Below, in pieces: positions 32,509-43,473 of a DNA stretch of 64,000 bases. Within the stretch, counting starts at the first letter, position 1. Every line of letters begins with the position of its first letter. Source of the stretch: Mayamaea pseudoterrestris (taxonomy: Eukaryota); the NCBI GenBank assembly GCA_027923505.1, contig BROI01000038.1:124001-188000 (forward strand). The letters run 5' to 3'. A model generated the notes under the pieces. The model saw only the letters and a list, made by a program, of their open reading frames with translations, did not search any database and had not been told where the DNA came from. A program made the translations under genes and the position numbers.

Positions 32509-33216
32509 TTACTTCCGTTGTTGCCTTCCCACCAAGAAGGCTCCAAGCGCAACTCCTGAAACAAAGCCTCCCGTCATCCAAAGCATATTGACGACAAGCG
32601 GAAGGAACCAAGCTTCATCAGAACAGTTCTTCTTGTCATTTTGCGAAACCAACAAATCCTGCGGCACCAGCTTGAAGAAATGCCCCGTTGATTGCGAAAT
32701 GAGCGAGTTTTGCACGTCAATAATGCGTCGATAGGGATGGTAGTACCAGCAGCGAAAGGGACCAGGTTCGTTCCACTCGACCAATACAGTTTCATCCAAA
32801 AAGTGCAGAATATGAGGGGTATACATTGGCGTCACAAAGTATTGCCCGGCCGTGTATATTTTCTTGGTGGTGCATGTTGCTGTCAAGGTCCAGACTTCCA
32901 CCTTTCCGAAAACGACAAAGTCATGAGTATTATTGGGATGCAAATACCCGGATCGCATGACTTGCGCCTTGCTGTATAGCAAGTTGATTCGCTTATGACC
33001 GACTCGGAGTCGATGAATCTCGCCGCGATCATCCGAAAAAACTGATGGAACTGGTGCATTGGCAATCCGGCCAGGCCCTTCGGAAACGTGAGGAGACTCG
33101 AGGATTCGTTCGGAACCCACGTGCACATGATCGGCTACGACGGGCGTTGGTTCGAGCTCGTCGTTGCAGCTGCCATTTTCCTTGGTGGGAGGAAGTGGCG
33201 ATGAAGCAGGTGGCAT
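32509..33216 (-). CDS. Cupin-fold protein with C-terminal membrane anchor
   Basis: FSDDRGEIH...RSGYLHP...HDFVVFGKVEV...PMYTPHILHF resembles RmlC-like cupin motifs; hydrophobic tail followed by basic residues. Confidence 0.65.
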   Translation of the reverse strand: MPPASSPLPPTKENGSCNDELEPTPVVADHVHVGSERILESPHVSEGPGRIANAPVPSVFSDDRGEIHRLRVGHKRINLLYSKAQVMRSGYLHPNNTHDFVVFGKVEVWTLTATCTTKKIYTAGQYFVTPMYTPHILHFLDETVLVEWNEPGPFRCWYYHPYRRIIDVQNSLISQSTGHFFKLVPQDLLVSQNDKKNCSDEAWFLPLVVNMLWMTGGFVSGVALGAFLVGRQQRK

Positions 33217-33692
33217 GGTTATTGTCGTCTACCGTAATAGATGAAAGTATAGATAGCAGCAGCAACGAAGGACTTCTCAGAGGACGAGTAACAATTGCGC
33301 GCGATTGGGATCAGTTCTTTCCTTACCGAATCACGGCAAGAGTCAAACGTCTCGAACCTTTGCGAGCAGGAGGTGCTCATCGTCGACGAGCCAAACGGAT
33401 GAGTGCGTCACCGGTTCGGGAAAACGGGTGCGACGCAAAATCTAGATGGTTCGTTTTCCATATACGTTTTATGACCAGTGATATTGCCTCGCGCGTCACC
33501 TCCCCTGGGGCAATAACAATTGATGGCTCATGACTCGATGACACGTTGTTCTGCGCGCACGTAAAGGGGCGACGCATCCATGTCGTCAATGCTGAAGCTG
33601 TGAAGCCAATTTTTCCTTCTTCATCACAACTTCTCGTCTCAAGCCAAGGACAAAACAGTTTCACTTTTCTTCTCACTAATATATTGATCGTC

Positions 33693-34405
33693 ATGACAAG
33701 TACTGCAACGCTGCAATCGACGGCATCTTCGCAGCCATTTCGAACCAAGTTTCTCACCAGCATTGGTCTGCATCATCCTGTTACTCCACACACCGACAAC
33801 AACAGGAAGGCATACAGCCCCTCGCCGTCAACTTCTTCACCGTCCAGCGTCATGTCGACTATAGGTTTCTCGTCAATATCAATACCCAATGTCCCATACC
33901 GGTACAGTAATGTACGTCCGCCAGTTTCTACATCCATCGAGCCACTCAAGTATGACCCCCTCGCGGATGCGCACTACTCCAAGCGACGCATATCTTCATC
34001 ATCCAGAAACATTAGCAACAAGAAACGCATTGTCTTTTCGGAAACTGTCAAAGTGATTCCCATTCCCATGCGGACGGAGTACAGCACGCGCGTCAAGTCG
34101 AGGCTATGGACGAATGGGTACGACCTGTACGAGAATTCGAGGCGCAATACGATTGAGTTTGCTTATGAAGGGTAAGTAAGCAAGTGTAAATGCAAGACAA
34201 CGACTTGTACAAATGAGAAAAACGACGATCTAATGTATTTTTTCTCGTTTTCCTCTTCTTTTTCGTCGTTAACAGCTGGAACTGGCGCAACGTGACCGAG
34301 GACGAAAACATGCATGTCTGCGTCGCCACTGGCGAGCTCATTCACCCATGCCACTACGCAATGCGAGGCAGCAGTCACAGCAGCAATCGCCAAACCAACG
34401 AGTAA
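33693..34405 (+). CDS. Hypothetical protein with an RVxF-like motif, intron 34172-34275
   Basis: KKRIVFSETVKVIPIP...SRLW...RNTIEFAYEG splices (GTAAGT...AACAG) to WNWRNVTEDENM...GELIHPCH, stop at 34403-34405. Confidence 0.75.
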
Positions 34406-34684
34406 AGATTTTCACTGATAACAGTGACTTTCCTTCCTTTCATTGATGAATGTTATTCCAATCATCGGCATTCATCAATTGTACACTCAACCAACTACTA
34501 CACACTCACACAAACTCCATATGATGGTCGCCACCCATACATTACACTCATTTAATTAACTAGAGTACAATATTCTTGTTTTGTAGCCAAAAGCTGCTGA
34601 AATGTTGCAAGTATGACGCGTATGCTAGATAGGTAGTCTTCACGTTTTATGGTGTCGTCTATCTGGTCCTTTCGAAGAGTTTAT

Positions 34685-35236
34685 TTAAGGCTTGGTTTCG
34701 CGGAAGAGGCCTGGGTAGGTCTTCTTGTAGGCAGTAAAGTCGGGAGCGTTAATGTCCAAACGTGTCTAAGGGGTTAAATTTAGAAGCAGACGTGAGGGCG
34801 AATGTGAAATGGCCGACGACAACATTCAACTCTCCCAGTGGATAGTTCTTATAACGCGACACCAAAATCATTCGATCAACTATGTCACTATACATACCAC
34901 AGGACTCTTGCGCTCCAACGTCAAACGCTTTTGGGGTGCAAAGTTGGACGTCATTTGCGTGCGCGCGTTGGTGTATCGCGAAACGCGCAAAGCGGCCGCC
35001 TCGGGCGTTGGTGAGCCACTCTCCCACTGCTCAGTCTTGTCAGTCACTAACTCTTGGTCCATGGCGAACGCTGGTAGGACCATACCTCCAAAGACGGCAG
35101 CAGTAGCGGCTCCGATGAAGGCCTTGCGTGAGGATTCAGCGTTCAAACATGTGGAGCTTGAGGACGAGGACGCCGACGGAGCAAATGCCGACGAAACTGC
35201 CAATGTAGAGAAGATTGCGACGAGAGAAAGCTTCAT
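34685..35236 (-). CDS. Small plastid protein, probably thylakoid lumen, intron 34897-34766
   Basis: Signal peptide plus SSA-FAP motif, then SRKAFIGAATAAVFGGMVLPAFA (Tat-like signal ending A-x-A); exon 2 reads TRLDINAPDFTAYKKTYPGLFRETKP. Confidence 0.85.
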
Positions 35237-35760
35237 GATGTATTGGTAATCTAATAAACAAAGCAAGCAGCGTCAGTTTTAGTTTATTAATGACTTGTAC
35301 ACTGACAAGCTCGTCAAGTCCATGGTGCTTACCGCGAGAATGTGACACCTTGAAGCCGCCGTCGCGCAAGATACCGAATTCTATCTAAAGTCAAGGTTAA
35401 GGATAAGGATAACAATGTAGCTAGGGAAACTGTGCCTGACGACTGCAAAGCAATAGGTCAGCATTGTCAATGTCGATAGGTAGGTACGTTGCATTCTGAG
35501 CTTGTACGCGCCAGATAGTCGAGTTTTTACTGATGGATTGCTAGTACTTAATAGAAATTTTTTAAAGAATAGATTCTAAACGCATGTAAGTCGGCTTACA
35601 CTGCCGCATCTACGTCATGAGAATGGAAAATTAAGTGAATTCGGAGATAACAATTGCTTGTATTTGTCAAAAAAAATAAGCACATTGACTGCCATGAGAG
35701 ACGATCCGTGGAGCTGTTGCCTGTGTGCAGCGACTGTAAAATAATGCGAGTGTTCGCCAA

Positions 35761-37842
35761 CTAATCAGTCTTCTTTTCTTCTCCGTTCTTGACAGGGTTG
35801 CCAAGAATTGTGTGATTGAGGCCTTGAGGTGTCGTAACTGTCATTCGGCGACAGCAAGTAACGTGGTGGGGTATCAATACACCAGCCAGCTTGCGCTGAA
35901 AGCGAGCAGTTGTCACCTGGTGGTCGTCAGTCAAAAACTTGGCATGGACAATTTGGCGACTTGCGGCTTCAATGCGAACGCCATCTTGCTTGTACCATGT
36001 GTGAATGATCCAATCCTTGATCGAACTACCTCGCTCCGTGTATGTGTCAAAGTCGGAAATAAGCAGCCGTCCATCAACCGACATGAGAGTCTTGGCTGAG
36101 TCCAGCGCACATTGCCAGTCGGGAATCATGCTGAGCGAGTAACTGAAAGTGACAGTGTCGAAACCGCGGCCGACAGCTTGTCCGCAAACGTCAGCAAGCT
36201 TTGAGCGAACGTCCTTGGAGTTGATGTCAAGACATAGCCAGATGATCTTGTCGCACTGCGCAGATGTGAAGGAGCGACGCGCATTGTGCTCGCCAATGGC
36301 AAGCAACTCTTGGCAGATGTCGAGCACTACAATATGATCAAACAAGTCCAGCTGCGCTCGCAAATAGTGAAGGTTTCTACCAGTGCCTCCACCAATATCG
36401 AGCCAGGTATGTCCCTTCTTGATCGTTCCAAAAGCCGACATCATTTCCGGTCGCGCAACTAGCATCTTTTCGCGGACAGCATCGTAACCAATTGCTTGAT
36501 CCGCGTAGAATGAAGACATTTTGTCGCCATGCGCGCTCACCTTGCCAGCCGTCAGTGGATGCAAAATCATCTTGGTGGTTGTCTTTAGCTTGCGGACAAA
36601 CGACGCTCGCTGGACTGGTGACGGTTCAGGATCAATGAATGGAAAGGGATCACGTGGCATGAAGCAGCAAAACGTCCCAGGGTACATCTTGACGCGGTCC
36701 TTGGAGTACCATGCAGGACTTAGATCGGTAATGTTGAGATTGTTGAAGAATGGCTTGTCATCCATCTTGGTAAAGGCCGATCGCCAAAGGCAAAGTGCAC
36801 CTGGAACGGCCGCTCGCTGAAGGGCGAGCCACTCGTCGTGAACAATGTTATTGGGCATCCAGTCCATGTGATCTAGGAGCACCAACTTGGTAAAAGAGTG
36901 AGGTTTAACGCGCTCCATGGTTTCTTGAACGGTCGCATGATGCCATTCAAAGCAGCTAGCGTTGGCCCGCAAGGCTTCAAAGTGTTCTGGCTTGAGCGTA
37001 CGTGGACAGCATGACTGATCCTTGTATCCCTTTTCGTAGTAAAACCGATAGAAGTAGTTGGTGCGTCCAAAGTCTGGATCCAAAAAGATTTCACGGAGGA
37101 TGCTTTCGTAGAACTCGACCGTGTAAAACTCGGGTCCTATCTGGTTGGACGGCACTCCGGCAAATGGCGCCAATACGCTTGGAAAGAGCTTGCGAAACCA
37201 CCAAGCCGATCGTTCAATCATTGCCGAATTCTCGCGGATGTACTCGTGGCTAAAGCCAGTCTCGGCCCAAGACTTGATATCGAACCCAACCACATGCATG
37301 AGCCATGGCACTAATAGCTTGGCAGCGAATCCAGTCGATCCACTGGTGGCGTAGCCATTTCGAAAGACACGTTCAATGCGACCATCCCACCATTTGCGTC
37401 CAGTGCTGCTCATGGTGTGTCGCATACGCTTCCAAACACGCATGGCAACGTTAACGTCGGACGACCCCCAAATGCTCCACCACTCGTCGTAGGTGAGACT
37501 TGCGTCGCGAAGCATGCGAATCTTGAGTTCGAAGAGCCAAAGCTGGTGTTGATTCATGTCGCAAACGACAATCTTTTGCGGACCTTCAATGGCATAGTCG
37601 AGCACAATGTCCCCAGCACTGCAGATTCGAAAGATGACATCGTCCTTGGTAATCTTGAGTATTTCATGATCGACCGCCGGATCCTCCCAGCAAATGTTGT
37701 AAATGTAGGTTCTGTTGCAGATCTTTTCAATCATGGAGAAAGAGCCAGTGAGCAAGCGGCGGAGAAAGACGTATGAAAGCGTCAAGGCCGTGAGCCACGT
37801 GTATGGCGAGTCGAGGGGAATCTTTTGAATGGTTGATGCCAT
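35761..37842 (-). CDS. BTA1: Betaine lipid (DGTS) synthase, BtaA-BtaB fusion
   Basis: BtaA/DUF3419 motifs YIYNICWEDPAVD, CSAGD, DMNQHQLWLFELK, NYFYRFY, LLDHMDWM, RVKMY; BtaB methyltransferase FYADQAIGYDAVREKML, WLDIGGGTGRN, TFSYSLSMIPDW. Confidence 0.93.
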   Translation of the reverse strand: MASTIQKIPLDSPYTWLTALTLSYVFLRRLLTGSFSMIEKICNRTYIYNICWEDPAVDHEILKITKDDVIFRICSAGDIVLDYAIEGPQKIVVCDMNQHQLWLFELKIRMLRDASLTYDEWWSIWGSSDVNVAMRVWKRMRHTMSSTGRKWWDGRIERVFRNGYATSGSTGFAAKLLVPWLMHVVGFDIKSWAETGFSHEYIRENSAMIERSAWWFRKLFPSVLAPFAGVPSNQIGPEFYTVEFYESILREIFLDPDFGRTNYFYRFYYEKGYKDQSCCPRTLKPEHFEALRANASCFEWHHATVQETMERVKPHSFTKLVLLDHMDWMPNNIVHDEWLALQRAAVPGALCLWRSAFTKMDDKPFFNNLNITDLSPAWYSKDRVKMYPGTFCCFMPRDPFPFIDPEPSPVQRASFVRKLKTTTKMILHPLTAGKVSAHGDKMSSFYADQAIGYDAVREKMLVARPEMMSAFGTIKKGHTWLDIGGGTGRNLHYLRAQLDLFDHIVVLDICQELLAIGEHNARRSFTSAQCDKIIWLCLDINSKDVRSKLADVCGQAVGRGFDTVTFSYSLSMIPDWQCALDSAKTLMSVDGRLLISDFDTYTERGSSIKDWIIHTWYKQDGVRIEAASRQIVHAKFLTDDHQVTTARFQRKLAGVLIPHHVTCCRRMTVTTPQGLNHTILGNPVKNGEEKKTD

Positions 37843-38019
37843 GGTTGGTAAAGGTTGATGGTGGAAAGAGGGGACCTTTTATATGTTGTTTTGATCGTTC
37901 TTGCGAATGGAATAATAAAAGGGAAGAGTGTGAGACTGAACAAGTGGCAGGCAAACCCAGCAGACTCGCATTCACTCATCAGATTAGCTTTGCAATATCC
38001 GATCCGATCCAATGCAATC

Positions 38020-38425
38020 CAAGGAATCTTTACAGCTTTCTTTCTGACGAGGCTGTTTGTTCCAAGCTGCTGCACGTTCGAAATGAGCGATTCACTCGTT
38101 CAGAGAGCAGACCAGACGAAGCAATGAGCAGAAATGAATCCTTTCACGCAACGCTCATCAAGCACTTACTCGTTTCGCAAAAGTCTAACAATAATGATGA
38201 GCCTTGTCTTGTTTACCTTTGAGCGAATCTGTCACCAGTGCCGACTGTCTCTACAGATTCGATTCGTCGTCGTCGCGGTGGTGCAGCTTTTTCATCCGCC
38301 GCGCCGTTGTCGCGCGTCATTGGATTCATTCGAGTCCTTTGCGTGACGCGAATTTCAAAGCACAGCCGCTCATTCATGTGCAACAGGAATCTGGTGAATT
38401 TGGCGCGAACGTGAAAAAGATTCGC
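38020..38425. promoter_or_regulatory. Bidirectional promoter with clustered GAATC/GATTC motifs (candidate phosphate-starvation regulator sites)
   Basis: Nine GAATC cores on either strand at 38024, 38089, 38136, 38225, 38256, 38261, 38323, 38387 and 38419. Confidence 0.55.
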
Positions 38426-38488
38426 CGCGACCGAGGCGCGCCGCTCGACTCGTCACTTTCGACGAAGCGGAACCCCTCGCTTGCAACC

Positions 38489-40375
38489 ATGGGACCGACA
38501 AGTACTTCTTCTGCACCAGATGCTACGTCCAAGAGCAGCAGCAAGATTATAGTTGCTAGTGTCGCAAAACCAAAGAATACTCCGCTTCCAATAAGTGCTT
38601 CTTCCATCTTTTGGACCAAGGAAACCTACGCTCATGTCGCAGCCGACTTTCATGCCTTTCACAAGCATGACTTGAATGTATTGGCGCATCTATTCACAAC
38701 AACGCTTGGTGTTTGGGGCATGATGCAACTTGCAGTGGAATATAACTGCACTGCGGCTGTCCATGCATATGGATTGCTAGTGTTGCTGACGACGCCAATC
38801 AGGACGGCTCTCTTACATTCAATCCTTCTCTATGGAATGCTACCAGTGAATGCAAACCATATGGGAAGCTTGCTTTCGAATTTCTTGCAATCATATACTC
38901 CACTTCAAGCTCCAGACTCATTCAGCCCGATTCATGTTTGCCTCGCGGCCATTGCCCTCGGGTATGGACTCCAAGACCTGGCGCACTACCTAGCGTGTGA
39001 ACAAACCTATATGAACTTCTACATGGCTGCCTCCAAACAGTACATGCTAGTCATTCATTCGCTTTGGTTGCTACCATTGGTCATTGATTCAATCTTGATG
39101 AAAAGCTTACTGCTACCAAAGTTGCTCGTCACGAGGAACCGATGCCTTGTTGTTCCAATGGTGGCTTCCAAACAAGCCGTTGATGCACTGCGGACATGGA
39201 TCAACGTTAACGTTAAACCAACCAAAGAAACGACTCATCTTTGGCCGCACGAACATGCAGGAACGGATCTAGCCGTCACCCAATTGGAGCATGATGCAGC
39301 CATACAAGCAGCTTTTGAACAAATCTTTGCGCCGCATCACTACAGCATCAAGCCCGTCATTGACATGAACGAAATTTACGTCACAGCCGTTGGTCCAAAG
39401 ACGCAAATTAACTCAGACGCCGTCTTTTACACGCCACATACGGATGGACCCTACTGGTGGCTGCCTGGTTGCTCGCTCTATCGCGTCTTGGTCGGCGTGA
39501 CACCGAACAAAAAGGTTCGAACGCGCTTCAACCTGCAACATTCCTCCTGCGACCAAGCACTTGACTTGCACGGAGCGCTCGGGTTTGATTATAACCGCGA
39601 GCTGCACTGGATTGACCATGTTCCAAACACTCATAACTCGGAGCGCCGGTCCCTCGTCAAACTTCACTACATTGTATACCCATTCGGATGGCACAAGTAC
39701 GGCAGATTGGCGGCGCACTTGAATGCCAGCTACAACACATGGGCGCGAAACAACTTTCTCAAGACCTTGCGGCCCGCCACTGTGAGCGATCACTTGCTGG
39801 CGTGGTGGATTTGGTTGACGACCTGGGTGAATGCAATGTTTGAGGAGCACATTGGCTGGGCCAACTTGACCTATGTTTTGGCTAGCTACGCACTCTTGCC
39901 ACCGTTGGGGTTTCTCATTGCAACATCCTTTCGACACTATGCCGTCTACATTGCCACGTTTGCGTCTCGTCAACCTGCCGTTGCGCATGGATACTTAATG
40001 CGCGACGCGAAACTTTACAAGACGATTAGCATGTTGCACTTGGCGCGCCGCTTCTCTCCACTGGTCGTCTTGCCGCGCGACGTGCCGGCTTTGCTCATTG
40101 CTAGTCTTGGTTTCGCCACGACGCTCCTTGCAACGGCTCGGCTCGGCATGGTTCGCACTTACTTTGGATCGGAGCTTGGGTTTGTTCCGCCAAAATGGAT
40201 CAATGGCTTTCCATATGGTTACATTCCGCATCCCATGATCAACGGACAGATTTTTGGGTTTGGCGTTTTGCTTTGGTGGTTTTGGAATGACTTGTCGACG
40301 GAGAATGTTGCTTTGATGTTGGCGCACATTGGTTGCTACGCTACGCACATGTTTCAGGAAATAGTGTTTGGTTAA
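38489..40375 (+). CDS. Multi-domain membrane enzyme: Mpo1/DUF962-like N-terminus, HxD...H dioxygenase-like centre, PEMT-like C-terminus
   Basis: FHAFHKHDLNVLAH and LQDLAHYLACE (His-rich Mpo1-like); FYTPHTDGP...FDYNRELHWI; LGMVRTYFGSELG...GFPYGYIPHPM (PEMT-like). First ATG in frame is 38489. Confidence 0.75.
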   Translation: MGPTSTSSAPDATSKSSSKIIVASVAKPKNTPLPISASSIFWTKETYAHVAADFHAFHKHDLNVLAHLFTTTLGVWGMMQLAVEYNCTAAVHAYGLLVLLTTPIRTALLHSILLYGMLPVNANHMGSLLSNFLQSYTPLQAPDSFSPIHVCLAAIALGYGLQDLAHYLACEQTYMNFYMAASKQYMLVIHSLWLLPLVIDSILMKSLLLPKLLVTRNRCLVVPMVASKQAVDALRTWINVNVKPTKETTHLWPHEHAGTDLAVTQLEHDAAIQAAFEQIFAPHHYSIKPVIDMNEIYVTAVGPKTQINSDAVFYTPHTDGPYWWLPGCSLYRVLVGVTPNKKVRTRFNLQHSSCDQALDLHGALGFDYNRELHWIDHVPNTHNSERRSLVKLHYIVYPFGWHKYGRLAAHLNASYNTWARNNFLKTLRPATVSDHLLAWWIWLTTWVNAMFEEHIGWANLTYVLASYALLPPLGFLIATSFRHYAVYIATFASRQPAVAHGYLMRDAKLYKTISMLHLARRFSPLVVLPRDVPALLIASLGFATTLLATARLGMVRTYFGSELGFVPPKWINGFPYGYIPHPMINGQIFGFGVLLWWFWNDLSTENVALMLAHIGCYATHMFQEIVFG

Positions 40376-40390
40376 GGTTGATAGCTACTG

Positions 40391-43320
40391 TCATAAACTC
40401 TTGTCGCCGTCAATAGGTGGCTCGTAGAGCTCTGTTGTGTTGCTGTTTGGTTCCATCGAAAGGCTCGAAATCACATCCATCGGTAGCAAGACTGTGTCAC
40501 CGATCGGCATGGCAATTTTTTCAGCGGACACGTTTGTAACAAGGACTTCCCCAGACAAAGTTGTATTGGTTGGCACATCCATCTCCAAAATGGCTAGCTC
40601 GTCGGCAGCGTCGGTAGCATTGGTGGCAATTAAGCCAGGACCCTCCTTCTTTTCGAGAATTTCTATACTGTCGGCGGCAATAGGTGCATTGAGGATTGCT
40701 TCCGTCTCGAGCTCCTCCGCCAGTGCTTCTTCTTCAGGCGTTAATGTCACCTTCTCGTTGGTTCCGTCGTTATCGTCACCTAAAGCCGATTCGTCGCCAC
40801 GCGCGCTAGTGCCACCGTCCGTGCTGGTCTGGTTACTCACAGTAAGTGCGATTACATCAAACGTTGAATTATAGTCGCCGTTTGGAACCGTAGCTATTGT
40901 CACGGCAGTGAGGCCATCCCTTCTAACTCCGTTACCCGACGAGTCAATCTCAGATATGCCAGTAGCATCAATGGTATCAGTCGAGTTCAACATTGGTATA
41001 GCTCCGTCCTTTCGTTCTAGTATTTCTATACTATCAGCAGCTATGGGAGCGTTAAGAATGGCCTCGGTCTCAAGTTTTTCAGCCTCAGCTTTTTCTAGGA
41101 GAGTTGAAATAGCCTCTATTAGTTCGGTTGCAGGCATCGGTTTTGATATGTCGTCCTTTGATGTCAAAGCGGGATCCTCTGCACTCGGTGAAGTCACATG
41201 CGACTCCTTTCCACTCACTTCTTCGTTGGCTGCTACAGAAGCGCCATTAACATGGCTTGTATCGGGAGGCCCACGAACTGGGTTCTCATCTCCGTGTGGC
41301 GGCTCGCCGTCGCCGTTCGCCGCGATGCCTTTAGCGATGAGGTTGGGCGATCGTACATCTTCAGCAATGGCATCTACTGATGGTAATGCTGACCTTATAA
41401 AGTTAGCCGCGCATCCAACCTGCATTGCAACAGCCTCTTGCGCACTCACAATCGGCTCTAGGGCAAGTGGAATACCCTTTGGTAAAATATCACCAGCAAT
41501 AATATCGGCATAGTCGGGCATGTGCGAAACGATTGTAGACACGGACTCGCCGGTGCTATATGGCAATGGCTTCATCGTACGAGCAAGGTCGAAACCACTG
41601 TTCGAGGCTGATGCTGATTTCGATGAGTGTACGGCGATATCAAGCTGCGACAGCAAACCGTCGACAAGGGGCACCTCGGTGACTCGTGCCGGTATCATGG
41701 CCTCTGCTGCGTTTCGAAGTATTCTTGCCTCTTGATCTCGCTTTTGGTTTTCTAGGTCTTCCAAAGCTTTGCGCTCTGCGCGTTCTCTCTCTTTTCGTAA
41801 TCGTTCAGCTTCGAGTTCTTCGGCCTCTTCGACAGTGTAGCCTCGGAGTGGAAGTTGCATGTCAGAGAGCTCGGCGTCCTTAACTTTTTGGTGCGACACT
41901 GGATATTGTTCCAAACCATTTAACCATCTTACGGACCCAGCATTCGTTTCGGCAATCAAGGTATCGACAACCAGTGGGTCCTCGCCTTTTCCGTATGACT
42001 GTACGATAAGATTATATGGGTGAAGGAGAGTGGTGAGAAAGAAAGTGGGGAACGTTGTAACAGCAATGACCGTTCGTAAGACATAACTATACGTACCTCG
42101 TTCTCATAAGGATCTAGCAGTTGTTTGGCAAGATCAAACAGACCTTGATACGAAATTGTAAGTAGGCCAATGCCCATGACAGTAATCAACGATGACATAC
42201 CGGATGTGTACGCCATCCAAGGATACATGCAGAGAATGAGATCAACGAGAACTTGCACGATATGCGCATATGCCAAAGGCATTCTTCCTTGTAACTCATC
42301 TCCGATAGCTCCATACTGCGCTCTGGCTACATGACACTTTTCGAGTATTTGGTCTTCGAATCCTGCTCCACCGAGAAAGTGCCCAGCCTCTCGCCCTTCC
42401 ACATACGTTCGAACGATCCAAAGCAAGACAGCCGTATGTCGCTGCGTCGCTGGAATGTCGGCATCCACCAAGATTTCCCTCTCGCGCGCCGTCATGAGCC
42501 CGCGCTCCACCAGTCGTCGCATTCCTCGCGGCGTCAATATTGGTCGATGCGATCGAGTAAAGGAGCCGTACGTCAAAATATTGAAGAGACGAACGTAGCG
42601 ACTGACTAGTTCAAGCACTTGTCGACTGCCAGCTGTATAAGTAGATGGTTCATTTGGATTGGTTGGTGGTTTGCGGACGGCGTGTGCGGCAAGCGTCAAG
42701 TTAATGTCGTGCAGTCGTCCCTGGAGTCGCCGACTGAGGTCGTAGCACTTGCGCCAAAGTGCGTAGCTTTGATTGACAAAGAATGTCAGCGTAAAGGTTG
42801 TCACGCTCAGCAGCTGTCCCCATAGAATGCCGAATCCAGATAACCACGTCTTTACTTGTGGAACGGAATGACAAACAATCAAGACAATGGTTGCGTAGGC
42901 CATGCGCTTGATTACGGAATCCCACGTTTCGGAAAAGATTGTTCCCTTCCATCGCTTCCATATGAAATTCGACGATGGATCAAACTGAAGCATAATGGGT
43001 CTCCGGGCGCTGGTGCGTACGCATTCGTCAATCAAGTCGTCAATGAGTTTCTGCGTCGATGCTTGTTCAATGATGGATTCGGGTGTTGTCAAAACCATGT
43101 GTAATGCGGTAGATGATTTACAGGGGGAGGATGAAAGTACTTCTTTCAAAGCTACACATAATGGAGTCGTATGCCTAGCGGCTAATGCTCCTTTCTGATT
43201 ACATTGTCCAGCATGATGGAGGCTCGTCGAAAATCCCGAGATGGAAGCCGCAGATAGCAGGACAAGCCAACAAGTTAGAAATCGTTCCTTTCTCCAAACT
43301 TTTCCTTGATTTATTATCAT
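40391..43320 (-). CDS. Bestrophin-family channel with long acidic C-terminal tail, intron 42096-41999
   Basis: TFTLTFFVNQSYALW, RMPLAYAHIVQVLVD, YQGLFDLAKQLLDPY; splicing gives DPYENESYGKGEDPLVVDTLIAETN; N-terminal signal peptide ending ISG-F. Confidence 0.88.
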
Positions 43321-43473
43321 TTGATCATAGATTTGTTTCTGTAGTAGGTTTTATGCAACGTTAAAGGATTGTCGGGCTGAGATGTTGAATCTTCGAGGAC
43401 AACTACTACTGACTGATGCCATGTTTCATGGCGAAAACAAGACGAGCGTTTCAGGAAATCTGTCGCACCACTA

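Noticed and set aside
38204..38488. N-terminal 95 aa of the 723-aa ORF
   Set aside because: Begins at a non-ATG codon and covers the motif-rich promoter; ATG 38489 in an ACCATGG context is the more likely start.
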